Positions 31,637 to 57,061 of a stretch of 64,000 nucleotides of DNA are shown here, piece by piece. This DNA comes from Paragordius varius. Taxonomy: Eukaryota; Animalia; Nematomorpha. The stretch is taken from contig OZ176050.1 of assembly GCA_964247055.1 (NCBI GenBank), positions 5,890,001 through 5,954,000 of the forward strand. The letters run 5' to 3'. How positions within the stretch are numbered: the first letter of the stretch is position 1; each line of letters starts with the position of its first letter. Under the pieces are notes generated by a model. It did not search any database. It saw nothing but the letters and a program-made list of their open reading frames with translations, and had not been told where the DNA came from. A program made the position numbers and the translations under genes.

Positions 31637-34070
31637 CAGTGGTACTCACCAAAAAAATTTGACGGGCCAAATAAAACATATTTTTTTTTCGAGGGCCATG
31701 AACCTTATAATGGCAAATATTCCATAGCTATTTGACACATACGCACATATTTATACTCTAAATCAGCACAATAAATTTTTTGCGGGTCGCATGTAAATCC
31801 AGCTAAAAATTCGTTTTGCACCATTTAGTTTTAAAAATTAAAATATATTGATAACAACATTTATTTTAATATTAACCAATAATTTTTGACAAATTTGGTT
31901 TCGCCTCATGGCAGGCCATTCTTAATACGTCGTCCATATGATCATTAGTTAAGCGATTTCTGTAAGTATTCTTGATATACTTCATTTTTAAATATGCCGT
32001 CTCACACGAGTAAGTTTATGGAAAAATAGTTAAGATAACTTGAGCACATTTTTTTATATTTTCATATTTATTTGGCACACTTGCCAAAACTCTATATATC
32101 TTTCTTCTCTACGGTTTTCCTTAAATATAGCTTCCAAATTGGAATCATTTTTAAAATCAACGAATTCTTCAATGATAACCGCCTGATCAAAACCGAAAAG
32201 CTCAAGTTGCTTAATGTTGGATATATCCATATGCCATGGATTTTCCACTAACTTTAAGCAATTTTTTATATTTTTTAATTCTTGAAATCTGAATTTCATC
32301 TCATTAGATAAAATGTTAAATGATTGTCTATTATTAAATTAATATCCGCGGTAAATTCCATATTTTCTTTATGAATCGTTTTAAGTGTTGGAAAATGTAG
32401 GAGTGTTTTATCTATAAAATCTTGTTTATATATTATTAATTTTTTTTCAAAAGCAAATATATGATTAGCAAATTGGGTTATTATTTTGCTCCCTTAAAGA
32501 CTTGTTTTAAAAGTACTAGGTTTCTAAGTAATGTCGCAAAGGTAGGCTAATAAAACCCACCATTTGTCACTATTAACCTCGTCAAACTTTCTGTTATCTT
32601 TTATAAATAATAGAATTTCCTGTCTTAAATCAAAAAATATTCAATACTTTGCTAAGGCTTAGCCATCTCACAGCGGTATACAAAAGAATATCATCAAACT
32701 CACTGTGGATATCTTAGAAGGTTTTTGAATTTAATGTGATTGAATTCTCTGCCACGGATGTAGTTAATTATATCCACAACCGTTTTAATTACTAAATTTA
32801 GTGATTCATCTTTTACACGCGAAACCAAGTTTTGCTAATGAATAAAGCAGTGATAATAGATTTTGCAAATTATATTTGTTTTTTAAAAGAGAAATAAACC
32901 CTTTGTTTATTCCAATCATAGAGGGACAGCAATCTATGCAGATCGAAACCAATTTTTTCATAGATATACCATTATTATCGAAAAAGGTGCTAATTACTTC
33001 AAGAAAATCACTGCCTTTTGTGGTATTATTCATTGGTAAAAATTTCAAATATTCCTCGTTGATTATGTTGTCGTTGCAAAATCTCACGAAGAGCGCACAT
33101 TGAGGTGTTGAACTTATATCAGTGCTAGAATCGATTGCAATACTGAAGTATTTGCAATTTTTCAGAGCCAATAATGTATTGTTAAAAATATATTTAGACA
33201 TATCTTCAATGCGTCGAGCACATGTTGAATCAGAAAGTTGAAGTTTTTTAATTTGCCTCATGATTTGATCTTTATTATGGAATTTATCAAATAAAAAAGT
33301 GCAACTATTTATTAAACATTCTTTAATTAGTTGTGAATCAGTAAACGGTTTCATATTTTTTCCTAAAATATGGCAAATTTCATACGAAGCTAATGTTACA
33401 GCTTTTTCCTGGGAAAAAGCTATGGCCATAATAGATTTTTCTTTCTCGTATAATTCCTTAAAATTTTTATATTTTTCATTTCTTTCCTCAAGATTTTCTG
33501 GTAATTTATGAGAATGATGGATTTTAAAATGTCTTTCAATATTGTATTTTTTATAACTATATTATCCTTGCATATAAGGCAGGTAGCAACATTGTTATTT
33601 AAAACGACAAAAAAATTAGTTTCCCATTCTTTTTTAAAGGAGCGATTTTCATCGGATAACGTTTTTTGGCATTAGATGTCATCCTTTGAATTTATGTTTA
33701 AATATTATGTAAAAAAATAGAATATAAATTGAATTATGCTATAAAAAACAGGTCGAAATTTAATGATATTGAGTTGAAAATATTTTATGAGAATGAGTTT
33801 TAAAAATGATGCAGGATAGCAATGAAATGTATGTGCAATGGGTGAAAACAAAAAAGAAATGCAATAAAAATTTCAAAAAGAAAAGAAAAGAAATAACGTG
33901 TGCCCATAAATCATAAATTTTAAAATCATTTTAATGTAGGAAATTTTTCTACATTTCAAATTGGGTAAAAAATAAATATTATTTAAAAAAATTAAATATC
34001 AGTCATAGTGCATTTTTAAAGCACACTTAGGGCCGCATGCGGCCCGCGGGCCGCGGTTTGAGTATCACTG
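31637..34070 (-). mobile_element. hAT DNA transposon (Buster/SPIN-like), 2434 bp, complete ends
   Basis: TIRs CAGTGGTACTCA / CAGTGATACTCA; perfect 8-bp TSD GTCTAGTC (31629-31636 and 34071-34078) with the central TA typical of Buster elements; GC-rich subterminal GGCCCGCGGGCCGC. Confidence 0.92.
31890..33682 (-). pseudogene. Degenerate hAT transposase (GTF2IRD2/ZBED8/SPIN-like) with frameshifts and stops
   Basis: ORF 32806-33429 has KPFTDSQLIKECL, QLSDSTCARRI, YFSIAIDSSTDISSTPQCALFVR and ICIDCCPSMIG. Further fragments at 32054-32299 and 33510-33682 are in other frames. Confidence 0.88.
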
Positions 34071-34416
34071 GTCTAGTCTGTCAGGTCAAAAAAATCCTTG
34101 ATAGTGATTGTGAATTGACTGTCGATGAGATTCTCAAAAAATTACCTAAGAATGGAAAATATCCAAAAAAACCTTATATAAAATATTAAAAATAATAAAC
34201 TACACGCGCAAAAGGTGTATTCAGTTAGATGATATTTTTTTATAAACCTATATAATCCATATTCATTTCCTATGTTTTGCCTTATATATACTCAATTGAT
34301 TACATCCTTATATTTTGTCCGTTATGTTTGTATTATTCATGATATCCTATTAAATAAATTATAATAAATATTTTTTTTACACATTAATATTTAAGTGGTT
34401 AATTTGTTTTGTTTAA

Positions 34417-34987
34417 CACTTGGATACAACACATTCATTTTAGTCCTTCAATTCAAATTAGGGTAGTTGGATACCCCCCTGTTTTAAATTAATTTCTTTA
34501 AAAAATATGGAAGGAATCAAAACCATCCCAAAATTTTGCACTTATATAACATTAAGAAACCGAATTATATAAAAAGTTTTACTCAAAAATACTTGATATT
34601 GCTTATTTTAAGCTAAAGACGAAAGGTAAAAATTTAGTCAACGTGTCATGTGTGCAATGGCAAAATTTAAAAAAATACAAAATAAATCGCTTTTTCTATT
34701 TCTATCAATGTTAGATGTGATTTAAATAAAAAACTAGCTTTAATTTTACCCTTAAAACCAAACGAAGACGACATTTTGTAAATATTTTGTGAAATAAAAA
34801 TAGCGTCGAAGTAGTTAGACATGGAACTTTTTTTCAAAACAAAATTTTAAGATATTTTGGCATATTTATATAATTATTATTAGGATAGAAGCATAAATTC
34901 AAATTGGGACCGTTTCATTTGGTATTTTTTAAAAAATTCTAACTCAAATTTAGTCTGGGGTATGATGCCCCAATTTGAATCTAGGTG
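34417..34987 (+). mobile_element. TTAA-flanked MITE (piggyBac-like), nested in the IS630/Tc1 element
   Basis: TTAA|CACTTGGAT...ATCTAGGTG|TTAA; homologous to 54392-54861 (inverse) and 53161-53476. Confidence 0.65.
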
Positions 34988-35945
34988 TTAAATAAAAAAT
35001 TTGCTATAAAATTAACAAAAATATTACCATTCCCCTTTAACAATATTTTAAGATTTTCATTTTTTTACCAAAGATTTCCGACGCCCTTCCCCCACACTTC
35101 TTTTACTTTTTTGATGAATATTAAATGGTTAATACCATAGAGCTCTTGTTTTTCCATTCTTTACCAAATATTTATACCCATTTGACGAAAAAAGTAAATT
35201 TTTGATAAAATAAAGTATACATGACTGTAAAATTGAGTGCTAAATATTATTTTTTCAAGCCCACATTGGTTTATTAACATAAAATTTTTGAAAAAAAATA
35301 AACCGATGTAACTGGATTATACAGCAGCAAATTATCCATCTAAGGCATGGTTGTGATATTTTTCCAAATAAGGAAATTTTATGAAATTCTGTAATAATTT
35401 ATTTCTTATATCGTGTGCAATAATGGGGGTTAATTTTTTTAACAAAAATTTTTTTTCATGAGATAGCTTATGGCCAGCGAATTCATTTGCCGCAAAAAAT
35501 TTTGTTTGTTTATGACCTAAATTTTCAAATATTGGAAATTCAAAATTGGGCAAAAAGTGAAAATTAAGGATAACATGATAAAAAAATATCATAAAACTTG
35601 AGATATTATGGTTTATCATTTTCGCAGATATTTACAATCTTACATAGCCGAAAATCATATAGTTATGGTTTTTATAGAAATTAAGATCATTTTTCTATCA
35701 CCTTAAAAGACAAAAAATTCTTACTGAAAATATATTAAAATATTTTTCTTAATTATTACTAGCTAAATTGATTATTAAATCTTAACATTAATATTTTATT
35801 TAGTAAAAAACTTATATATCAAAATAAACTAAAAAATATTGTTTTTATTTTCATTCTTTGGGGATCTGGTTCATGAGTGTTTAAAAAAATTATTGTTTTG
35901 GAAATCTTAGATCAGGGGCAATATTTAAAGTATATAAATTAATGC

Positions 35946-36086
35946 AAAATAGGATTTAAAAGTAGTGGAATATCTACCAACAATCCGTATAAATTCATGT
36001 AGCAGTTTGTTTTAACAAAATTAATAATTATACTGGGATTCGGAATTATTTTTGGTTAAAATTCCACTACTTTTAAATCCTATTTT
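35946..36086. repeat. Perfect 26-bp inverted repeat with short spacer (probable MITE)
   Basis: AAAATAGGATTTAAAAGTAGTGGAAT (35946-35971) and its exact reverse complement (36061-36086). Confidence 0.75.
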
Positions 36087-36987
36087 ACATATATATCCAT
36101 TATAATTTCCCCTCATGAAAGATTCCAAAATAAAACAGTAAATTTTTTATACATTCATTGTATTAGATGACAAAAAAAATTGGTTTTATTTTGATATATA
36201 ATTTTTTACTGAATAAAATATGAATGTTAAGTTTTTAATAGTGAGTAGCTAGTAAATAATTAAATAATATTTTAATATAGCAATAAAAAATTTTGTCCAT
36301 TAAGTTATTTTTATAGAAAAACGCGATTTTTTTATCTGAATGATAAAAACCCTAACATTATGATTCAGGCTATTTATAAATTGTAAATATATGCTTAAAT
36401 GATAATAAATCATAATATCTCAAGTTTTATCATTATTTTTTAATTATATTTTAATCTTTAATTTTCCCTTTTTGCCCAATTTTAATTTTCTCAATATTTC
36501 ATAAACCAGGTGGTCAACAAATAAAATTGCAGCAAATGAATTCGTTGATAGGCTATTTCATAAAAAAAATTTTTGCACAGTGTATTATGATTCTATCTTA
36601 AATTATATTAAATAATGCGATGCTGAAAAAATTGTTTAACATTATTAGTTAGGACTAATATGATAAAAATATATATACTTGCTCCATTTTACAAATTTTC
36701 CTATTTTTATAAGCACATTAAAATATCCTGTATTCGACTTGCATTTACTTTCCCTTATAGTAAAAACCATATTTTCTAAAACAGGGGTGCTTAAATATCT
36801 TCGCGGCTGATAATTTTTGGTTATTTTTTCATTTTGTACCCGATTTAGAAGTTATATCTTCTAAATAATTTTAAGTTTTTGATTAAAATCCAATTATTTA
36901 TTTAACATTTTTAGGGCCTTTTTACGTATCGAAAAAAGCGTATTGGACATCCTTGATTTAAAATAATTTCAATCAATCGCTTTAAAC

Positions 36988-37320
36988 CAGGAGTGCCCAA
37001 CACAAATGGCTTTGCGGGCCGCATTTTCCACCAAAAAAAACTCAGCGGCCGCATTTAAAAATATTTAAGCTTTAGTAAACTACTTAGATTTAAAAATTAA
37101 AAATGTAATAACGAAAACAATTATTTATTTTATCACTTTTTGCTAGTTCGTTTTCCGGAAAGACTCAAAAATTGTTTACGAAATATCAATTTTAAGATGA
37201 TTTATTTAATAAGTAGCAATATATTTGCGCATTATGGAATTTCCTATATATTAGGCAATTTTCTATACTTTTAATGGGCCTCAAAAAATATCTCAAAAGG
37301 CGGCATGTTGGAGATCCATG
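36988..37320. mobile_element. hAT MITE, same family as 26249-26551
   Basis: CAGGAGTGCCCAACACAAATGGC... and ...GCATGTTGGAGATCCATG; flanks ctttaaac / tttttaac. Confidence 0.65.
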
Positions 37321-39304
37321 TTTTTAACAAAAACTATAACTTCCATAGACTTTGACTTTAATAAAATATTTTATTAGAATTATACATTCCTATGGAACGA
37401 CTATACAAGATGTAAATCCGGAGTTTAATATGCGCCAAAAAATAAGCATAAATCTACCGACCCCTTACAAAATATTGATTTATTCTTGGTCATTTTAAAA
37501 AACCACAATTTCTAGCAGTAAAGTTTTTGGCCATATATAGATGTAACAGGTTTAAACAGTTTTACATAAAACATATATTATTTTTTGTATCAATCTACAA
37601 GAAATTTAAATACAGTAACGAAAGATATCTTTAGGTCATTTAAGTATTTTAAATGGCTAAAAGACTATTTAATTTACATGTCCGCTGCCATGTAGGTGGT
37701 GAATCGTTTTTATTAGTTACATTTTCAAAATTGTGGAGAATAATTCAGTGTATGTATATAATAAAAAAACTTATACTGTCAACAGGCTAAAAATTTAATA
37801 CCCTTTACTATTTGAAATATTAAAATGGCCAGCACGCGTTATTGTACGCACATTTTTATTATTTTGGAAACTACTTAAATTGATTTTATTTTTAACGAAA
37901 CATATTTCCTTATTTATGGTGCGAAAATTTTCAGGAACAAATTGTGTTTTTATTACTTCGCATATGGTGAAACAATACATTATATGTTTAAACAAAACTT
38001 TTTCAAAAAAATAATGGAGTAGACATGGCCCCTTTATCACCTAATTTCTCCATAGCAATCAATAAAGAATAGTTGCAATCAATATATATTGAAATAGGCG
38101 AAAAAACGCTATCTAAAAAGTTTACGTATGTAGATACAAAACAAATGATAACCTACAAAAAATCGCTATTAGGATGGGTAATATACATCAAAATTAGTGC
38201 TACTGACCCCCAAAAACATATTTATTTTTAGGGTTAAATAGAAATGTTAAAGCGTGATTTGAAATGTTCAAGGGTGAATTTGATGGATATGGAATATAAA
38301 CCAACTTTCCGTTTAATCTGATTTTCAAATGCGTTTAACATCTTAAGTTAGGGCCTCGCTCTAAGATGCTTTAAAACTGAGAGTTTTATTACACGAACTA
38401 TATATCAAACAGTTTATAGAATATGGCTTAAGATCAAGCCAAGTGTCAATTTGCTTATTAAGTTTGTTAAACAAAGGAAACCACAGCCTTATTTCTGGAC
38501 AAATAATTGTTTCCCTTTCTTCCCTGTGAAACTATCGTGAACTGAAAATATATTGATGGTTTTATATGCGAATCCAAATTTGGCACATTTATAGTAAGAA
38601 TATTTATGTTGGTCAATTCACATTTTTGGCCAATCGGCAATACAGTAGCACATGGGTAAAAAAGAATGGTTGAAATTAACAATATAATATCTTACAATAT
38701 TAAATTTGTTCATTTAATTATGAAATCTGTATCACACGCTAGTATTCCAAATGGCCAAAGCGATCGTGTACAATTTTTCCACCATTATTTAAATAAGGAG
38801 TCTGATAAAATCGGAATTCAGACGTTTAAAGATACTTTGAAATAGGCGAATTGTTTATGATAAAAAATAGCAAACTCCATGATATCAAACTTTCGTAAAT
38901 TAGATCGGTCATTGATAATTCCCATCTTATAAAGCGCCGAAGCTGTATTTTTAAAAGGGGACGATGAGCAATATTATAATTTTAAATTATGGTGTTGGCG
39001 TAAGATATATGTATAGATAATAACAAAACAAAAAATCCATGTAAAAAAAATTAAAGTAGATATCTGTATTGAACAATGTTTATATTCTTGAATAAGATAT
39101 GACAAAAAGAAGAAATGAGAAAGTACCTCTGTTAATTCTATGAGTAGGTAGAAAATATTGCACAACGTACCTACCGACTTTTCCATATATATATATGAGC
39201 CCTTACTTACGATCGATCAGATATTGACACAAACTTACGAAACCGTTAAAAACGATCCTAATGTCGGCTTCATCAATTAATCAAATTTAATATCTAAAAA
39301 TATA

Positions 39305-39670
39305 CTAGCTCTGCCTTGTCACGCGTTGCTGTGTCTTATACGACACCATCTTAAGTGATAATAACATATTTTTTCATCCATAAAAACAATAAAAAACCGT
39401 TTATTAAAAGTCTATATACAACATTTTCTGTTTGGTGGCTCATTGACATAGTACCATGAGGTTTTTATAAAAAATGACTTCCAAAATTTTTGACTTTGAA
39501 CGATTTAAAAAAGGTGCGATGGTAAAGAGGTAGGGCGTCGGACTCTAACACTATGTGTAGAGTGCCAGAATTTGAACATCGGAATCGCGTTATTTTTCCA
39601 TTATCAGTCAGTCCTCGGCAGACGTAGCTTTTCCTGATACAATTAAGTCCTTACCCTTAATATAAAAGGA
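39305..39670 (-). mobile_element. Short non-autonomous Helitron (family B)
   Basis: Minus strand ends ...CACAGCAACGCGTGACAAGGCAGAGCTAG|T (3' hairpin plus CTAG) and appears to begin TCCTTTTATATTAAGGG. Confidence 0.55.
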
Positions 39671-40637
39671 AAAAAGTGACTTTTAAACTGTATTTTTTAA
39701 CGGGACAGATTTAAAACCATGATCTGACCATGCGGCCATATAGATTGTCAATGCTTTAAGGTGATTGTTTTTATATTGTGGTATATTTAACATAGAGTAA
39801 GCCCCTACTCAGTGGCTAATTTAAGGGCTGGTCCAAAATATATGCATGCTTAAAGCCTTTAATTTTACACAACTAGTGTGGGGATTTTTAAGATAGAGTC
39901 CTGAGCAGCGGCTAATATAATAGTTCTGGGCTAAATTTTTGACTTTATAGGAATATCTAAAACCACTAATTATTTATAAAAACTAAACATTTCAAAAAAT
40001 TAAATTTTGAGACTTTTTTTAAGAAATGTCATGTACGAGGGGAGCGGTTAAATTAAAAATAAGGGGACTATGTTCGACACATTTTATTAAAATAAAACCT
40101 AATAATGAATTGAATGAAACTACAGTTAATAAAAATAATAGACATAATTTTCTGAATTCTCTTCGTTTAAAATAGAATGGAGGTTTACTGAGAAATTATA
40201 AAAAAAGAGGCTCGACTATTTCGGCACATCTAGTAATAATTGAATTTCCACTTAGTTTTAGTGGGTGTGAAAGTTTTTCAAAAAATTGTCTAAAAACTAA
40301 CCTTTTAGATTTGTATTAATATATAGATTTCATAGTTTTATAATTGATATTGAAAAATATTAACCATGAATAATGATTAATATTGTATAATAACAGTTTA
40401 TTTATTCAAGAGATCTAAATATATCGCGTTAACAAAACCAATTCAAATATTGACATGCATGTGTGCCACGAACGAACCATCATATGTTAAACATTAATTA
40501 ATAAAAATGGTAAAATAAGAATAAAGCTAAAATAATATATATATATAATTAAACAAAATGAATGACAACCTTTTCCCATTCAACTGCATGTACTAACATA
40601 CATCAATAATTGTACTTTTCATTTTGAAAATTAATAT

Positions 40638-52821
<12,184 letters not shown>

Positions 52822-53049
52822 TCTCGAAATCTGAATTGAAGATATAATGAATGTATGGTATATTTAATCGGTGAATCGTATGTATATAACGAGAAAAAAT
52901 GTTATGGGTAAGGATAATATCATAAATGTCCAAAAGATTGAATATTATAATGAAGAGTTCACCTTTAAAATAAATATATAATTAATATTATAAACTTTTT
53001 ATTGTTATAATTTTTAAGTAACAGTATCGCCGTACGCTTCTTGCTCTTT

Positions 53050-56000
53050 ATGGACGGCATATGCGGTTTTAAGTTTGTGATATTAATGAAATATATATGT
53101 TCACATATACGAATGCATCAAGAATTTTATTATGCTTATTATTTTGGGCCATACGACTGATACTTGGATACAACTAGGGTTGTGCAGTTGACTCCTTTTT
53201 CAAAATGTCCGGTCAGACCCAGTCTCTTTATATCAAAGTTGAATGTTATTGTAATAATAAAGTATAATTTTAGGGTTAGAATCAAATAAACACGATATTT
53301 TAGAAAAATTATGATAAAAATGGCGCCAAATTTTTTTCCAAAATTTAGATATTTTGCTTATATATAAAAAATATCAGGATAGAAGCAAAAATTTAAATTG
53401 GAGCCGTTTCTTTAGTATTTTTTTAAAATCAACTTAAATATATTCTGGGGTATTTAAACCCATTTGAATCGGAGTGTTAAGAAAAATATTTACACTTTAC
53501 TAATTGTTTCATATCTAAAAATCGTATAATTATTTCATATGCTTGAGGTTATTTTTGATATTTTGGGTTCATTGCACAGTTTTATGATGGAAACGGTATC
53601 AAAATGCTTGATGATAATAATCACTTTTTCTATATAATTCAATTATGCTAACATCTCCATCACATCGATTTAGTAACATATATTTTCGCCGTTAAATTTA
53701 TATTAAACATAAATTGTTTATTTTTACAGATGTTAACCCATATTTGAAGCCAAGAGCCTCAAAATCGAAATGTGAATGAGAAAAGTGTTTATCATTAAAT
53801 TATATAGAAAAAGTGGTATTATAATATCGTACTTTTCGCAATATCTCGGGTGTTTTGCTTTTATTTAAAAAAAAACTAGCCCATTTCAGAGGTTGCCAAA
53901 AACGAGATATGGGAAGCCAGTATTTAAATATAAAATTTTATAAAAATGTTTTTAGCCATTTATATGTAGTTTATGACATATTTAATCCATATTTTTGGAA
54001 TTTAGCTTTCACAAAATATTTTACTGAAATATGAACTAACTTTGCAATTTTTTATATAAAGATAATTTCCTTATATCACTCCTAAGGCCCAAAACAAAAA
54101 GCACCATGAGAATCCTGATACATTTTATAGAATATATATTTTATCAGGAAATTTTTTGTGTACACTATGTAAATAGATCATAATAAAGCACTTTTACGGC
54201 AGCATGTAATTGGTGATCCGCGAATCGTAACTACTACCTTTGTTATACCGTTATTACCGTACTTCAACATGCCAAATAAACCTCGACAAAACTTTGCTAA
54301 ATTTTGATTTTTAAAGAAATATACATTTTTTGGAAAAATATTTTATTTTTATGTCATCTATGGTGCAATATCGGAATTTTTGCGTCTTTAACACTTCGAT
54401 TCAAATTTTTAAAAAACTATTGAAGGATACGGTCCCAATTTAAAATTATGCTTCATATATTAATAAAAATTATATAAATAAACCAAAATATCTAAAATAA
54501 TTTTATTTTGATAAAAGTTACATGTGAGACTACTTCGAAGCTATTTTAATTTTGCAACATTTTTCAAAATATGTGTTTATTTAATTTTAAATGTCAAATT
54601 AAGGCTTATTTTTTCATTAAATTACATCTAACATTGATAGAAATTTAATGGTTTATTTATTATTATTTTTTTCCAATGCACACATGTTTCGATTAAATTT
54701 TCGCCTTGTTTCACATTAAAATAAGTATTTCAAGTTTTTTGTATAAATTATATATAAGTGCTAAATTTTGCCATATTTTTTAATGTATTTAATTTTAAAC
54801 GGGCCTGGAGTCCACTACTCTAAGAATCGAAGGACTGAAGTAAATGTGTTGTGTCCAAGTGTTAAAAAAACTAGACCATTGCGTATGATACTTAGGTAAT
54901 CCATTTTTAATATAAATTAGAATATGTATATTTAAATTTGGTTTTTATTAATGATTTTAATGAATAATTTTTTTGTAACATATAAATTTAATTTAAAAGA
55001 ATGTGCCGTGATTTTACGATTTTTCAATCGGGCCAATTTGCATAAAAGGCTAAATATCATTTTTTTAATTTAATCAAAGCATAAACCAGGGCTTCTTAAA
55101 CTTTTGTAGTCCCCGACCCCATTTAGATTGCGAGACTCTTAACGGCCGCAACAATTATAAAAGAAAAATAATAGTTTTTCGAATTAACATTTATTTTGTT
55201 GATAATATTTATTAAGATTATTTCGGTTTTGAGAGATTGACAAAAATAAATCTACATTTTTTATAAATTTCTATAACATTTTCTGATTGCCCTGTCACGC
55301 TTCGGTGTGGCGTAGTCTAACCGACAATTATTCTTAATAATTTGCAATAAATAGAGTTAATGGAGATAAAAAATAATTATAAACATTTAATAATAATTAT
55401 TCTTTTACGGGTTTTTGCATAGGCTGAAATATTGTGTACTCGAAATCGACCATATTTAATCTGTCCCTTATTAAAGTTAATATTCAACTATCATTGGTTT
55501 TATTTTAAGATTTTTCTTTTACTAAAGTTATTTGAAATTGTGTTCATACAGCTGGGATCAAGAGATAAAAAGTAAATCTTCTATGGTCCCTTTTAAAGGA
55601 AAGAATGATATTATACTGAACTCGTATGGCTTCTTAAGCTTTTTGAAAATTAGTTCCAAAACTACGCCATTTTGTATGGCGTTTCAGTTTTAAACCGGTA
55701 GACCCCTGCCCATAGACCTATATGGAAAAAGCGCTGAGATAAATTCTTTGCCTTTATAGGGCAAATATTTGGAATCATCTTTGATACCATAGTCTCATGG
55801 GTTATTCGAAAAAATACCTCAACACTAAATAATCGTTATATGATGGCCTAATTTAGGGCATAAAGATCCAAAATTAACGGCTAATAAAAAAATTCTACCT
55901 TAATTTTTACCTAGTTAGGGTTAATATTTCAAGCTTTTAATGAGCTTATATGGCCTTATAAATTTTCTGTAAATTAGTTCCAAAAAAACGCAATTTCTAT

Positions 56001-56582
56001 AGTGTAACGCAGTTTTGGCGTCCTTACCCGGCAGCCAAAATTAAAAAACGCAAGACTATAAAATTATTGCCTTTTAACAGAGAATAACTCTAAACCTTAG
56101 TGAATTTTAACAGTCTCATATCCTGGGCAAAAAACTATTTACTTTTTAAAAAAAATGGCATTTTATGGGGGAACGAGTAAAACGAGAGCCCAAATTAAAA
56201 AAGTAAGCCGACTAGGTTCGGCGCAATCGAAAAAAAAGTAAAAATAATCATTATTGAAATCAAATAGTCCAACACGTTTTCCGGAAATTTGTCTCAAAGA
56301 CATGATTTTTCTGGACCGTTTTTCAAAAAAACCCGTTTTTACAGGGGGTGAACCCGAACTGGGAGCCTAATTCAAAAAAGGGCGAAGCTATTTCGGGGCA
56401 TCCATTAATGATTATATTTTTTTGGCATTTAAATTTGAATGAGTCTACCGTTTTCGGAAACAGTTCACAAAGCCAGCATTTTCCGTTTATACAAATATAT
56501 AGACTATAATGATTGGAATGGAAATGCTGGTATAAACAGTCTTTCCGAAACAGAAGATTTTATGATATATTTAATTTTACAA
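53050..56582 (+). CDS. Tentative 5' exons of the P5B ATPase (53050-53065, 53730-53771, 56503-56582)
   Basis: Phase-compatible GT-AG exons giving MDGIC|DVNPYLKPRASKSK|YYNDWNGNAG...LILQ|VWLPKD. No homology support; ATG would be divergent from the UPF1 ATG 229 bp away. Confidence 0.3.
53161..53476 (+). mobile_element. TTAA MITE, deleted copy
   Basis: (T)ACTTGGATACAAC start and GGAGTG|TTAA end; body similar to 34417-34987. Confidence 0.5.
54392..54861 (-). mobile_element. TTAA MITE (piggyBac-like), inverse copy of 34417-34987
   Basis: TTAA|CACTTCGAT...TGTCCAAGTG|TTAA; reverse complement aligns along the 34.4-35.0 kb copy. Confidence 0.65.
55615..56503 (-). mobile_element. Non-autonomous Helitron (family A), inverse orientation, 3'-truncated
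   Basis: Minus strand TCTATATATTTGTATAAACGGAAAATGCTGGC at 56503; body is the reverse complement of 21969-23650. Confidence 0.75.
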
Positions 56583-57061
56583 GTTAAAAACATTTTTTGG
56601 TATTTTTATCACTCGCATAGTTTAAGAAGCCCTGGCCTAAATCAATATCATATTCTCATTATTTCTATATCAAAAATTTTTATCCCCGATTTCGCTATTT
56701 TTAAAACTACTGAAAAAAGCGTAGTATCTAAGTAAGAAAATTATTTTAAATTTATTTTTAAAGAAAGTTTCATATTAAATTATTACGATCATTCTTTTAA
56801 AATTTTTGCAAGAGGTGTTTATTTAATTCTAACGTTAAGATTTCAGTAAATCTCCAAATCACACATAACATTGATAAAAAGAAAAGGTTGCTTATTTTTT
56901 CGATTTAATGCACAGTGTCATGTTAATTACCCTCAGCTATATACATAAAATAGTTAATAACAAATTTTAAAACAAATTTCGGTGCATCAATATTATATAA
57001 GTGTCAACTTTTCAACGGTTTAATTTTATTCCATATTTTTATAAATATTTGATTTCGAAAG

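Larger units (their letters stand above)
31008..34240 (+). pseudogene. Intron-containing IS630/Tc1-like transposase remnant (N-terminal repeats plus HTH, no DDE domain visible). Exons 31008-31071, 31097-31156, 31180-31239, 31263-31322, 31343-31405, 31446-31636 + 34079-~34240.
   Basis: Five phase-1 GT-AG introns (25, 23, 23, 20, 40 nt). Removing the hAT insertion restores ...EISSRHFVDDLNMSISSINAMRR...KKGKKTKCNEGLV|CQVKKILDSDCELTVDEILKKL. After one frameshift it continues SKKTLYKILKIINYTRKR, an IS630/Tc1-type HTH region pattern. Confidence 0.6.
30702..35227 (+). mobile_element. Long-TIR IS630/Tc1/mariner-type element with TA target duplication, internally deleted, host to nested insertions
   Basis: TA|CAGTCATGTATACTTTATTTTATCAAAAA at 30702 and its exact inverse ending 35227|TA. 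Inverted similarity continues ~180 bp (30702-~30880 vs ~35054-35227). Confidence 0.75.

Noticed and set aside
31008-34189. Micro-exon gene as a secreted toxin/neuropeptide precursor (acidic repeats, GKR site, Cys-containing basic domain)
   Set aside because: No clear signal peptide inside the TIRs; the last exon fits a transposase HTH plus YTRKR pattern and is bounded by TA-flanked TIRs.
35445-36570. Inverted pair 35445-35520 / 36505-36570 as the TIRs of one element
   Set aside because: The copies point away from each other; better read as two decayed MITE ends.
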